Positions 27,760 to 41,449 of a stretch of 57,239 nt of DNA are shown here, piece after piece. Both the position numbers and the translations under genes were made by a program. The notes beneath the pieces are model-generated. The model did not search any database. It saw nothing but the letters and a program-made list of their open reading frames with translations, and had not been told where the DNA came from. The stretch comes from Chromera velia (Eukaryota), in NCBI GenBank assembly GCA_018398765.1, contig JAHBMJ010000094.1, positions 1-57,239 on the forward strand, given 5' to 3'. Each line of letters opens with the position of its first letter. The first letter of the stretch is position 1.

Positions 27760-28950
27760 GATTGTCACTCCTTCTATCCGAGTGCTGCCACTGCCACTGC
27801 CCCTCCCTCAATGTTCACTCTTCACACCTCTCCCTTGGTGCCCCACAGGCACCCGCTGGCTGCCTTGTGGTGCGCTGCCTGTATTCTTGCCTTCATGTAT
27901 GCGCACACCTACCGGTATGTCCTATTCCACTTCAGACTCACAAGATGCGCTACCTTCTTTGGAAACATCTCGACATCCTTTTCGAGGGCTCTATCTACAC
28001 TGCTGACAAGGGGCATGAAATCGTACCCCTTGTCCCTGCACGGCTCGGCATACTGCTCCTTTTTCCCCATGGCTAACCGGATAAGAACTTTCTGCCAGTC
28101 ACCCTGTACATAGGAGGCAGTCTGAGTTTTAAGCACCCTTGTGTCTAGGATTGCCTGCCTTTGCCTTGCCCAGAGTCCCCATTCTGAGAAGTCCCCGTAG
28201 AAGGCCGGTCGACCCGGCACCTCTCCCTCTGCCCTCACTACTAGCCCCCCCCTTCCTACTGCTGATGCGAACACCAGCTCTGCCAGGTCACACCACGCCT
28301 GGTTTACCTTGTTATATCTCCTCCCGACATGTCCCCCTCTCTTGTAATTGAGGGCGTGCTGCAGCCCCCAGCTGCCCCCACATCCCTCGTAATTCCTCTT
28401 GTCTCCCTGTACCTTAAATTGGTAGCACAGGGTGAGGGCATCTCGGAACTCTTCCGGGTTGAGAAGCATGTCATCCGCTTCTTGTGGGACCACACTGAGC
28501 CATCCCGAGTGTTGCTTTGCTTTTGCATCTCTGACTGTTTTCCTCTGCTTCCCCGTCACCCCCAGAACTTCCGTTTCTTTCACCCTCTCCCATCTCTCTT
28601 TCTCCTCCGCCCTCTTCCTCTGGCTGTACTCTTTGTGGGCCTCCTTCCTTTCCTCTCTTTCTTTTTCCTCCTCTATCTCTCTTTTTTTTTGAATAGCCTG
28701 TGTGAGCCCAGGGCTTCTGGTTGCTGCTTGAGACGTCGCTCTCGCTTCCCCCCCTTCTGTCTTAGGATTTTTAATCCCCATCCCCCCCAGTCTAACTGGC
28801 AGTGCACTGACCTCTCGCATCCATTGCTCTGCGGCGGTGGGGGGGCTGTCGCGGGGCCTCCCGAAGAGTAAGGCTGGGAGCAGCCTATCTCGAATGGCTG
28901 CCTCGAGGGGATTAAACTGTTCCCCCCTTGCCTGTGTGACCCTCTGCAAG
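27760..28950 (-). mobile_element. 5'-truncated, mutated CRE-like non-LTR retrotransposon (post-RT region, Zn knuckle, restriction-like endonuclease)
   Basis: ORF 28949-27909 has ALPVRLGGMGI, HSGWLSVVP, LNPEEFRDAL.L.Y, a degenerate CxxC..H..C knuckle with RH position (RRYNKV), GD, ILDTRV, KKEQY and FMPLV. Homology-like text (MKARIQ...AASGCLWG) continues after an in-frame TAG. No RT core is present. Confidence 0.8.
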
Positions 28951-29601
28951 AACCCCCACTCCCGCTGTCTTTTTTGAAGTCATTCCATGAGTTATCGTGC
29001 TTTTTCGGAGCTTCGGCAGAGGAGCAACGAGAAGCCACAGCCTCTGCCATCCACCCCGTTATGGAAGCGAATGTGGACTATACTTTTTTGTATAGAAGTT
29101 GTTCTTTGTTATTCTTTGTCGGTCATGCTCTCTGTTTTGAATCACTGCATCAATAAAAGAGTGTTTTATAGTCTCTTATACGCTGTTTTGTGGTTATTAC
29201 AGGCTTGAACTCGGTATAGACTTTCATTTACAAAGAAAGAGAGAGGGTTTAAGAGACCGTGTTACTGTTGAAGCCCTTTGCAGACCATGTTTATAGACCT
29301 TAATAGCACTGGCAGCCTTATCGCAGTTTTAGGTATTGGGAGAGTTGAACTTTGAAACGCCCAATAAAGAAGTTGGACACCCATTTTTCAAAGTTATTAA
29401 TCACCTAATTTCAAACCTACTTTAATACCATTGAAAGTATAATTTTTAAATAAATTCAATGTCAAGTTGTATAAAATAAACATTTTAAACAATGCATCAA
29501 AATTTATGTAATCTGTTTTACATGTGGTAGCCATATAAGATAACGCATTTCATGAATGTGAATGCTAAAACTTGTTCAAAATTGACACAGTGACGAGGTG
29601 G

Positions 29602-30648
29602 TCAAACCGCGCTTTTCTGGTAGTCATCAAAGTATCCGTACCGTGCAAGACTTTTCTGGTCATCTCTCCAGTCCTTTGAGACCTTGACGCGGAGACTCAG
29701 CTTCACCTTCTTTCCCAAAAAGTCCTCCAAACCGAGACGAGCGCGCATACCAAGCTGCACGTGAGAGACAGATTAGAACAGAAAAGATGAAAAGACGCGT
29801 TTTTTGAGACAGCAAGACACCAGAAAAAAAAACAACGCCAGGCAAAGAAAACAAAAGAAGCAACACAGGACGAGCTCACAAAAACACAGAGAGGACTGAC
29901 TGCATTTTGGCAGAAAACAAAACAGAAACAATTAAGGGAACCAATAATGCATGACCCACTTCACCCCAGTCCGCAAACAACCATTCAAACTGACGGTCTT
30001 GATATTCCGCCCTTCCGCGCCGATCAGAATTTTCTGTTGGCTGTCCCGCTGCGCAAGAGAGGGGAGGCAGGAGCATCAAGGGGACATCAGCTTCAGAACA
30101 CAAATCAACTTTTTTTTTGCCCTTCCTTGCACTCATGCCCTACGTGGTTTGCCCCTTTACTTCCAATACGGCATGACAGGAAGCCCACGGTCTTCCTGTC
30201 TGTCCGACAACGGCCTTCCATCTGCCTGTCTCAGACCCGTGCAAAGAAAGAGCGGTCAAGAAAAGGTGGAGGAGCGTTGCAGAAGTACATGTGTCGGCCG
30301 AAACGCAGGCAACCGCCTCACAAAGAAAGAGATTCAGAAAAAGAGTCTTAGATCCATACAGGAACAACATAATTGCGAGAAGTCAGTCCGCAGACCAGAC
30401 ACCAGATGCTGTCAAGAGAGACACACACCCTCCCTGCTTCACCCCTTCTTGCCGTCAATCTCAACCAATCGCCCCTCAATCCACTCATCTACCCGCCCCC
30501 CCATCGACCCATCAATCCAACAATCCAACCAATTGACAGACCAACCGACCAAGCACGTGATGACGGCCTCGATTGCTGTCTGATCCTCTGTCTCCGAGAA
30601 GGTCCGGATCACGACCTCTACACTGTATGGAATCTGTTTCAAACACAG

Positions 30649-30700
<52 letters not shown>

Positions 30701-33700
30701 GGAGGGAGGGAGAGAGAGAGGAAGGAACTGTATTCTCTGTGCTCGCGAAAAGAAAATCGCGCGTCCGAACAAACACATCCACGCATCCACGCACGCTCCC
30801 CGCCCCAATATAGGAAAGAAAGGAAGCCAGAAGGACTTCCGGGGGGTTGAATGAAGGCGTGCATGATCCCGAGTTTTCAGTCAGTGAAGAACGGCAGACA
30901 GGAAGGAGGACAAGCAGAGGCCGGGGGATGGAGACGCGTAAACAGACACACACACACACACACACACTCAGCCCTGCAACCCTGCAAAAAGCACCTATCT
31001 GAAAGCACAGATGAAGGAAGGCCAAGCAGAAGCTCCCCACGCAGCAAGCAAAAGGCCCAATTTATAAGGCCATGTGAGGCAACATCTCAGAGACGGATGT
31101 TCTGTCCTTCGTCCTCCCCCTGACGCACGCACATTCAGGCCTGCAGGCTATCACTGCAAAGTAGAGCCGAAAGAAAGCCCCTTCCGTCTCGATCCATTTG
31201 TTTTATTACGATCGTTCACCCAACCCCCCAACAGACCTCCTTAGTGTATTGTTGCAGAATTTCCCTCCTGATGATTTCTGCACTGAAGAACCTGAGAGAC
31301 TGTTCACTCCTCTGGTCCGGAGGGAACAGAGGGGGGCCGTAGGGGAGTCTCCGTTTGATGGCGCCCTTCAGAGTCTCCACGTTCTTCCCCTCCTTGGCGG
31401 ACAGCGGCAGGATGATCGCATTTGGAACTTCCAGATGCCACTCAGCTGCACTCATTCACTCACTCACTCACTCACTCACTCACTCAATCGGCGTTTTCGA
31501 TCGCTTTTGAATGCACAAAAAAGGTGAGTAGGCGCTCAGGGAAGAGGCGAACAGAAAGGCACCCAAGGAGGCAAGCTGAAATAGAGAGAACCACAAGCTG
31601 TGCATGACTGACCCGCCCAACAAGACAAACCCATTGGGCTCTGTCAGATGCGTGTGACACTCACAGACATCTTCCTTCATGCCAAATCAGATGAAAAAAC
31701 GCAACTAGAAAGCAGCCCGATTTTCTCTAACGGATCCACCGACGGAAGCTGACGGAAGTACACACTTACTAAAAAGCATACACCTGGGAACACAGCCACA
31801 CCCATGGAGAGCGGAAGAGGGGGAAAGAGAGAAAGAGTTGCACTACCCACTTACCGAGGAGACGGAAGAACGATTTCTTGCGCGGACTTTCGGGAGTCTC
31901 CTTCGTGGCCTCTCCCCCGACCTTCCCGTCCCCCTTTGCATCCCCACTGGCTTTACTTTCTGTGTCTGTCTCCTGAGCTTCAGCAACTCCTTGTTCTTCT
32001 ACTGCCTCACTACTTTCCTCTTCCTCTTGAAGTACACCCAGGCTTCGTGCTACTTTCATCATCGGGTCTTCCTCTTCCCCCCCCCCTTGTGTGTCCCCTC
32101 CCCCCTCTCTTTCCGTTTGAATCTCCTCCAGCTTTTCTTTGAAGGCTTCGTGAAATTCCTCCTCCAACCCAAACTCAGACTCTCCCGCCCCTCCCCCAAC
32201 GCTCTCCCCAGGCCGCCCCTTCCCCTCGGGGACCACCACGGCACCGTACAGGGCCGGGTCGTCCTCTACCTCATTCAACAAATCGCACTTGTTCAACCCA
32301 AGCAGTACAGGCCCATCGAAAGAACGGAGCCTCTCCAGAACGTCCTGCAGCCATGCATGCACGCATTAATTCGTGGGCGGTCTTTCGGAGAGAGAGTGAA
32401 AGAGAGAGAGGGAGAGAGGGGGAGGGAAAGAGAGAGGGGGGGGGTGGAGAGAGAAACTGACCTCTAGAGGAAAGTCTGCAGGCTTTTGGAACACATCGGT
32501 GACCAGCAGGAGGACCTCCGCATCTCTGCAGGCCGACCGAGCGAACCCCATCATCGCCTCGTGCATCGCGTACTTCGGCCGCAGGAGCCCTGAAGTAACT
32601 CAGTCACCAAGGAAGCAAGCATAAAACACAGCTAGAGAGACAACAGCAAGGGGGAAAGGGATGGCCTGAGGCTGAGGAGGCTGGTCGAAAAGAAGAGCGG
32701 GATACCAAAAGATTGGCAAAGATGAGAGAAGGGCGGATCCGATAGATTTTTTCAGGAAAGAAGCACGAGAAAGAAACCAAAAAAGGTTCACCAAAGCAGA
32801 GGACACAAAACATTGAACCAGTCAGTGAACTGATTGATGCACAAAGAGCCGATCCAGGTATGGATGCAGAAACAAATGGACGGATTGATGGATGCATGAA
32901 TGGATAGGAGGAGTCTTTCTTTCTTTCTTTCTTTCTTTCTTTTTTCTTTCTTTCTTCCTTCCTTCCTTCCTTCCTTCCTTCCTTCCCTCCTTCCTTCTTT
33001 TCTTTCTTTTCTTTCTTTCTTTCTTTTTTTTCTTTCTTTCTTTCTTTCTTTCTTTCTTTTCTTTCTTCCTTCCTTCCTTCCTTCCTTTTCTTTCTTTTCT
33101 TTCTTTCTTTCTTCCTTCCTTCCTTCCTTCTTTGCTTTCTTTTCTTTCTTTCTTTCTTTCTTTCTTTTCTTTCTTTCTTCCTTCCTTCCTTCCTTCCTTT
33201 CTTTCTTTCTTTCTTTCTTCTTTTCTTTCTTTTCTTTCTTTCTTTCTTTTTTTTCTTTCTTTCTTTTTTTTCTTTCTTTCTTTCTTTCTTTCTGTCTGTG
33301 CCCATTGGGTGTCTTCCCCACTCCCTTTGCTTTCCCTTCTTTCTTCCATCACAAACCGGCACCAACCGCTCTCCTCGATCGCATCCCCCCCACTCACTCA
33401 CTCCCTCCCTACCTCCCTCCCTGACTGACCCACCAGGCGTGTCCGAAAAGACGAATTGCGAGTCCGAGTCTGTGCAGATCCCGACCACCCGATGCCGCGT
33501 CGTCTGGGCCTTCGGGGACACGATCGAGAGGCTCTCTCCCAGACACGCGTTCATCAACGTGGACTTCCCAACATTGGGAGTGCCCACAATCGTCACAAAA
33601 CCGCACCTGCAGGGTTCATGGAAAACGAAGCAATGGCCTCTTTCACGGACACACAGAGATCGACATGAAAAACTGCGCTCCCCCCCGGAAGGTGCGACAA

Positions 33701-36700
33701 TGATAGAAAGAGCACCCACAATTTACAATTCCAGTGATGCCACTCCGAGAACGGAGCCAACGTTGTACCCCCCCTGCTGCACTCAGACACACGGAGAAAT
33801 CACACCGACCGGAAAGACGTCTTATCCCGAGCGAACCGGGTGATCATCTCTTCCCATTCAGACTCGCTGGCCTCGTCCTCCTGCAGGAATCAGAGTCGGA
33901 GGGGCCAGACTGAGATAGACAGATAGACATATGAAAAGAAAGACAGACAGAAAGATCGATTGATGGAGGATCTGCAGGAAGCCCCTGATTGAGAATGGAG
34001 GAAGCGAAAGAAGAAACTCTTCGGCGGGGAAAGAAACCCGGAGAAGGAAGACAGGAAAGGAAATCCTTCACAGAGAGAGAAGCAGAAAAAGAGAGAGAGA
34101 AGAGAGTAGCAGAGTGGAGGAGAAACGAAATCGGACAAAGTTCAGAAGAGACGGTGCAGACGGACCGGGTTTTCCACGTCGACTTCATTCAGTGCGAGGA
34201 AGTCCTTCAGGCCATACTCTACAGTTCCTCCGACTGCACCCATGCACACGAACCCACGCCACACACACACGAATAAGTGATGACACAGAGACCGTCCAGG
34301 TTTAGAATCAAAATCAGAAACAACCGAAGCTCTCAACAGTCGCTGACTTTCAGACAGAAAGAAAATTGGGTGGAACACCCCTTCTCTTGGAGAGGGAAGG
34401 GAATAATGTCGGTGATAAATCTCAGAATGCAGGAAGTGGAAACAGGCGTCAAGACTCATCAAACACAGACAGAAACAATGAGCGAATGCCGACTCAGGAG
34501 AACAAAAACTGTTCTTTGCACTCTGATGACTTCCATGCAAAAAAAAAAAGTCTGGTGACCCAACCCGAGACCAGTTCTGCGTGAATGCTTCACCTGATGC
34601 GTCGACGAATGCAGTAGGACTTTTCGGAAGTGACTAGATGAGTGCGTACACGTTGCAGACTGTTCTTTCGAGAGCATTATTCACGAGAAATAAGAATGAA
34701 ACTTCGTTGGGTGGAATGGCAATCATCAACCCAAGCAAGCGCACTCACCTCCCTTGACCCCCAATTTCTCTGCTTTCAACGATATCGGTTCATCGATCTC
34801 GCCTTTTCTGTCTCTCTCTGTCTCTGTCTCTGGGCTGGTCGCGGTCGGTTTCTCCCTACCACGCTGGCTCTCCCCCTCCTTCTTCTTGCTGTCTAAAAGC
34901 AGAGTTGCGAGGGCGCGCCCGTTTGACTCCAATTCTTCCGTTGACGCCGCAGTTGAAGAGTTGGTTGGGGAAGAGGGAGAGACAGAACCAGGTGAGGGAC
35001 GGTCCATCCCCTTCCTGTCTCTAAGAATGCCCTTCTGCAGAGCCTCAAGCGCACTGTCTTTCGGGCCGTCTGTCCTGATCTCCCCCCCCTCTACTAAGTC
35101 AATGTCGTCGTCTTCAAAGAAAGTCGGAGACGGCAAAGGGGGAAGATCCTCCTCTTCCTCCTCATCATCTTCCTCGTCCTCGTCTTCCTCTCCTTCCTCA
35201 TCTAAAGAGGAAGCAAAGAACATTTTCCCCCTCTTCTGACGCCTCTCTTTCTTTTCCATCCGAGCCCATGTCGCCTGGAGGGCCGCGAGCTCATCAGGAG
35301 AGACAGAGGAATCCCATTTGACGCCCAGAGGCTCAGCTGTCTCACTCTTACTGCCCTTCTCTGGTTTCTCTGTCTGTGTGGGGGATAAAGAGGAAGGGAA
35401 ACCCCATCCAGTTGACTTTTCTTTTCCTTCCTGTCCCTCTGCCTGAATTTCTGCGTCTTCTGTTTCATCATCAAATCCTCCCACAGGTCCTTTCTGTTCT
35501 TCCCTCTTCTTCTGCCTCGCCTTCACCATCTGCTGCCGCACAATTTCCAGAGGGTCCCCCATCATCAGAGCCCTCTCTCTGGCCTCTTCCTCCTCTTTTG
35601 CTGCCTTCTCCTCTGCCAATCTCCGCCGTCTCTCTCTCTTCCGCCTCTCCGGAGCATCCAGGAGCGCCTCCGGACGCACAAAACCCGCCTCCCTGAACTT
35701 CGCAACAATCGCGCGCTTACTCTCCAGACCTGCAGGGTTCAGGTTGGGAGGGTGAGTGCTCTCTCTGTATGGAGGGCTTCAAAGGATGTGTCGCGCTGAG
35801 AGGGTCTATGTGTAATATGAGCCTTTAAAGACTCTCATGAGAGAGAATTCCTCAATTGCCTGAGAGAGATCCTTGATTGAAAAAAGGAAGGAAGGAAGGA
35901 AGGAAGGAAGGAAGGAAGGAAACTCAACATGTTTGTTGCCTTCGTTGCTCGGCCCTATGCAGCAAAATGGGGCTGCTGGGGAGGGGCGAATGGCGGGAGG
36001 CAGACAGACACGTGGATGGGGCGGGACAAGGCAAGAAAGGAGGGAGGCAGGAAGGGAAGCAACCGCCAGACTTGCAGGAGACGAGACGAGACGGGATGAG
36101 AGAAGATGAGAAGAGAGGAGAGGTCCCCTTTGGAATCACGGTGGGCATTCCCTTCCTTCCTACTGCCTCGATGAAGGCCCGCCCGGAAAAAAAAGGACGT
36201 CTCCGCATCTCCAAAGTCGGAACCGCACTCAACTCCTTTGCATCCTCTCTTTGTTTCTGCTTTTCGGGCACGTTGAAAGTTTGTCTGCCTGCCTCCCAAT
36301 TTAACTGACTGGCTGACGCACGCACGTACCTTTTGTTGAGACTTTCATTTTGGATCCCATTCTCCTCAAGGCCTTCATTGGAAGTTTGAAGAGCTGTGTC
36401 TCTGTGGGGAGTTGCCTGGAGATTTCCTCTTCGAAGGTGTCGATCATGTCCTCAGAAATGTCCAGAGGAGACAGGCGACTGCCCTCCTGACCCATCACAC
36501 CCTCCAGTTGCCCGGATTTCTCCAGAGCAGCAAGGACCTCCTCAGGAGACGGCTCGGCAGAAAGGATGGAAGTCTGCAGAGAGGATGGGCGGACAGATGG
36601 CGACAAACGCAGACGTAAAACGACGACAAATTGACGTAGACAGTACTTGGGTGGACGCCTGTGGTGCACAGACCACAGGAAGTCGAGAGAAATGGGAGTA

Positions 36701-36857
36701 CTGTCCATGAGACGGTCAGAAGCAGTGCAAAAGAAAAAGAGACACTCACGGTTTGTCGGCTTCGTCGACGCCACCAGGGCCTCTCTGGCCCCACCTGAAA
36801 AGCCAAACAGGCAGTCAGCTGGACTGCAAAGAGGAACACTGAGCACTGGAACGACAT
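29602..36857 (-). CDS. era: Plastid-targeted Era GTPase, ~920 aa, with long N-terminal extension and acidic G-domain insert
   Basis: 12 exons join in frame to 2763 nt: 36857-36750, 36573-36330, 35729-34749, 34233-34166, 33880-33810, 33606-33434, 32589-32462, 32344-31855, 31445-31237, 30633-30550, 30048-29995, 29754-29602. G1 [10 protein letters not shown]2 QTTR, G3 DTPG, G4 NKCD, G5 SAK. Era KH domain: EIPYSVEV...[41 protein letters not shown]. Leader is a hydrophobic signal, LA-F, then RRRSR. Confidence 0.9.
32915..33292. repeat. (TTTC/TTCC)n intronic microsatellite
   Basis: Pyrimidine tandem tract in the Era intron 33433-32590. Confidence 0.95.
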
Positions 36858-37726
36858 GCCAACCGGAAGCTCAGCAATCCAGGGCGAGACGGCAAACCCG
36901 GCCCGTGGAAGAAAAAAAACTTGCAGGAGACGGGAGAAGCAACACCACAGAACGACCGGATGTGTGTTGAAAGAAGCGAGGTGCAGGAACGAAATATGAC
37001 CTCTCCAAGCAGGTTTCTCACTTAACCTTGGACTTGGTCGAAGTTGGAGCTGTTTTGGTGCCTACGTCTTCTGCCCCCATCACAGTGTGCAAAGGTTCGG
37101 CCATACTAAACTGAATTTGCGGCGGCGTACATTTTGTCAGCCGCGGAGGGTGGCAGGTCCCGTCTACAGACTCAATCGATCAATCAGCGCGGTGGCCGGC
37201 CGAGAGCCCTTCACGGCCCCCGCGGCCGGAAGGCCGGCCCGGGCGGCGGGGGATCGAAGGCTCCAACCCTCGGCCTGCCCGGTACAATACTGCCCAGCCT
37301 ATAAACCCTTTCCAATACTCATCAACGCAGGAATGCTTTGCACTGGATCTAACTGTACCCTACTGAACCCCGTATTAAATGATAAAAATAAGTAAGAATG
37401 GTTAAAGAATTAATAAAAAGAAATTCAAATTTAGTCTCAAAAATATTGAAAGGTTTGATACTAGGTTTAGTATCGGATCTATCCAGCATAAGGTGCATAA
37501 CTAGCAACATAATACAACATAAGCTACCTAAAACTGACGTTGGTCAACGTACAATGTGCAACAGTAAGCAAACGGCCACTTGCCTCTTGCAGTTCATTAA
37601 GGAATACCATAGAAAAAGCCCGAAACATTCTAATGTTATGTTATTTTATGTTATGTAATATTATATATCATGTATACTAACTATACAAACTAATGTATAA
37701 CTCTATTTATATTTTTTATATACATT

Positions 37727-39885
37727 CAAAGGTGTTTAGTCACTTGTGATTAGAATATATTTAATTATCCCATGAAGTGATTGAATGTGATTGAATAAAG
37801 TGATTAATTAGCCAAAGTCCGATTCTTACTAGTCTTTAATACCTTAGGTCATTCTAATGGTGCGTGGTTTTTTTTTTATGTTATAAAAACAAATGTTTTG
37901 GGAGTAGCCTGGAGGCTTGTGCACATCCAGTGCACTGTATGCATGGCCCAGCCCATGCAGCCCGGGCCAGCCATGCACGCGCCGGCGCGGCCCATACACC
38001 GCTCCTACTAGCGGCCACGGCCATGCATCGGTGCATACATTCGGAGCCGAATAGCCGATTGTACAGGTTGCATCAAAAATCGGGTCTTCATGCATGAGTT
38101 TCAAACACAAGGTAAGATGCAAACTTGAAGTCACAGCAAGCCATGATACCAGTCTGAGATGACTGAGGCCTGATATGTTCAGACAATTAACTCTATAGTT
38201 TGAAAATGAGTCAAATGGATGTACGAGACTTCTTCAAAGCAGTTCAGCCACCGCTCGGCAAACCTATAGAATCGTATACATGCAATTCCTGCGGGACGAC
38301 AGCCAGAAGCAGTAGAGGGACGTCCAATCTTTGGACTCACCTTCGAAGCTGCAAAAAGAAGACAGAAGAAATCAAAAAAGCAATCGCTACCCAGCATCAG
38401 AATGAGCTTAAAAAGAAAATTGCAAAGATGGGAGATAATGCCACTCTGCTTCCTCACGTTGTCTCCACCACCATGGAGGGTGAGGTTCCATTTCCTTCTT
38501 CAGTGAAGATGTACTTGAATGATCTTCTTGTTAAGTGGCTTGTCGCTGAGTTTCTACCTCCAAACACTTCTGAGTCGGACCGTTTCCGGCATCTGATGCA
38601 CGTAGCAACGATGGGAAGGTGGCTTCCTCTGAAACGTCAGACTATCACGACTCGGCGGATTCCAGCCCTGCAGTCCGAGATGGGGTTGTACCTGAAACCT
38701 GCTCTGGCAGACCCTCGAAGTGCCCATCATCTCGCGTGGGATCATTGGTCCACTCCACAGGGCACTTCCCACCTAGGGATCCTCACCAAGACAATCAACG
38801 CAGATTGGGAGCTCATCGTCGCATGTCTTGGGTGTCCGGACGCTGGTATACATCACTCCGGAGAAAAGACCAAGGAGATCATCCAAGCAACGCTCGCGAG
38901 TGCGGGAATAGACATGAAGACCCAAATTCCAGGTATGCACATGTCATTCCCCAGAGAACCACGATCACTGTTCCTTGTTCATGCAAACGTTTTTACACTT
39001 CAACATACCATGACTCCAACGTCACAATTCTTTCCTGTTCTGCTTCTGTTGCTATGCAGACAGCACCTCTGATACTGCTTCCAACATGGTCGTATGTGCA
39101 CGGGAGCTGGGCGTCTCGTGGAAGCTGCAAAAAGAAGACAGAAGAAATCAAAAACGACTCAGTCTGGAGGTGCAAAAGCGAAGGGCCGCCCCCCGGCCAA
39201 AAGATGAAGTTTGAAAAGGGGGGCAACGACTCAACGAGTCTCAATTGACGTCGATGTGTGCATGTTTCTCTTATTTATATGCGCGTTTGCATGATTGATA
39301 TCTACATTTATGTCTTTGCATACATCTTTCTGCTTGTTTGTACCCAGATGATTTTTTGCTCGACAGTGCTTGTGGTGTTTTGGTGTTTCGCGTTCGAATG
39401 CTGAAAGTGAAAAAGAGTGCATCTTACGTAGTGCATACAGTAAGGCCTCCTTTTGCTATACAGTGTGTGCTGCAGTGTGCATGCGTGTTTTGGTGTAGTG
39501 TGTGCATGTTTATGCAATGAGAACGTGTATGAACTTTCAACCGCGTATTCATATGATATGTCATTTGCTAGTTTAATAAGTTTATAAATGGTAAGATTTT
39601 ATAAAATTCTAGTAACACTGTAACACAGTCTAGTATAGTAACTGTTACACTACTGCCTATTAACAGTGCCTAACAGCTAGATAGCCCCTGTTTATCTTTT
39701 TTAAAACCAATTTTTTATAGTTATAAACTATATTAAAAAAAAAAAATCAAAAATGTAGCCCGGGGGGAGCCCCCCAGACCCCCCCTTAATTAATTTAGGA
39801 ATATATTCCTGAATATATTCCTGATTATATTACTTTTGAAGTGAGTAACTAGTGAATAAATATATTCCATGATTAAACACCTTTG
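37727..39885 (+). mobile_element. Internally deleted hAT DNA transposon (2159 bp)
   Basis: 16-bp TIRs CAAAGGTGTTTA(G/A)TCA; perfect 8-bp TSD TATACATT at 37719-37726 and 39886-39893; transposase remnant inside. Confidence 0.92.
38200..39120 (+). pseudogene. Truncated hAT transposase (BED finger and first two catalytic Asp regions)
   Basis: YTCNSC...GTSNLWTHLRSC (BED-like), LAWDHWST (first D), HHSGE. After intron 38933-39059 comes STSDTASNM (second D). The catalytic Glu and dimerisation domain are not seen. Confidence 0.85.
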
Positions 39886-41449
39886 TATACATTTTTTAAT
39901 TTGATTGTATCTGATTGAAGTCTATTGAAATCATAATCTAAATTTGTCTATTATTGAAGCCGGACACCTCAAATAGGTCATCCGAGTCAGACTGATTGTC
40001 GTTATGCAAGACTAACAATATATGCAAAATTGACAATTAAATAAATATACCCAGAAATATACAAACCACCACAAAATCACAAACCGATTTATACCCCACA
40101 GGGTTGACACAAGCAACCTACAGTGCTGTCAGTGCAGATTAATGCAGATCCAATGTTTTTCCTCAATGAATCTGAATGACTTGCATTATTGCAAGAGCTA
40201 GGTAGCGAAAGGAGTCAGCTCATACCGGCATCCTGCATAGCAGATCAAAGCTATGATCAAACTTCATGCAAATCTTGAGGACAACAGATCTGTCAGATCA
40301 GAGCAAAGCCAAGGATTTCTGTAGTGACGCTCTCAAAGGCGACCATTGGATGGAGGTTATTCTCTTGACAGGGGGAAGCTGATCGACCCATGTCTTCTAA
40401 ACCCCATTCATGCACCCAGCAAACGGGGATCGAGGTTTGCAGGTCGACCGACTGAATCAAAATTGCATTTGCATTGGCATTTGACGGTACGCACTGGCAC
40501 CCCACGTAGATGGGACATGAGAACACACCCATTCCACTTCTCAGATCACACTGGCCAAAACCACCTCGAGGGAGATAGGAGAACACAGACACCCTTTCAG
40601 AACGAACGGCATACACCCAATCAATCAATCAGTCGATAAACTGAAGAAGCATCTATCTAGCTGCACGGTGAATGAAGCGAATGCACGAGAGATAGAAAGA
40701 GGGAGGAAGGAATGAAGAAAAAACGAACGAACCAAAGAAAGAAAACAAGGAAGGAAGGAAGAAAGAAAACGAAGGAACGAATAAAGGAAGGAAGGAAGAA
40801 AGAAAGACAGAAAGACAGACAGACAGAAAGACGGAAAGACAGAAAGAAAGACTGAAACTTCTCGGTGGTTTAGGCATTCGACAGTCTGACTGTTTCCAAA
40901 TGGACTCCTTTTTCTCTTTCAGTCTGCATGTGAGCACAATCGACGTTTCGATTGGGTGCACACGTGCACCAGCACGCAGACTTCCTTCCTTCCTTCCTTC
41001 ACTCCCTCCTTCTTCCCTCTTTCTTCCTTCGTCTTCCTCTTTCTCCCTTTCTGCCTCAGTCCATGAGGGAGAATTGATCGTGATTTCATGCATCGCAGGA
41101 AGTTACCCCCCCCATGCTTCCTTCCTTCATGCCTCAATGCCACTACAACCCTCGAAGAGACATTACAGGACGGTCAAACAGAAGCCGATACTTACATGCA
41201 TGGACACCGTGGCATGCAAAATCTGACACTGATGTAGAAGGCAGTCAGGCAAATGCTCAAGGCAAACACATCTTTTCAGACACGATCTTTCTTAAATAAA
41301 ACAGAGGCCCTCTACTATTATTCCGTCTCCCTTTGCCCACTTTACACAATTTTCCTTGAGCCGTCTTTTCTCGAATCATCTTTCTGAATGACTGTTTTCC
41401 TCCTCCGCCCCTCCTCAATCCCTTTTTACTTCTACCCAGACGAAGAAAC

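Noticed and set aside
32604..33719. 371-aa Era ORF with a Lys/Glu/Arg-rich tail
   Set aside because: The tail is a translated (GAAA)n intron; the exon ends at the 33434 donor.
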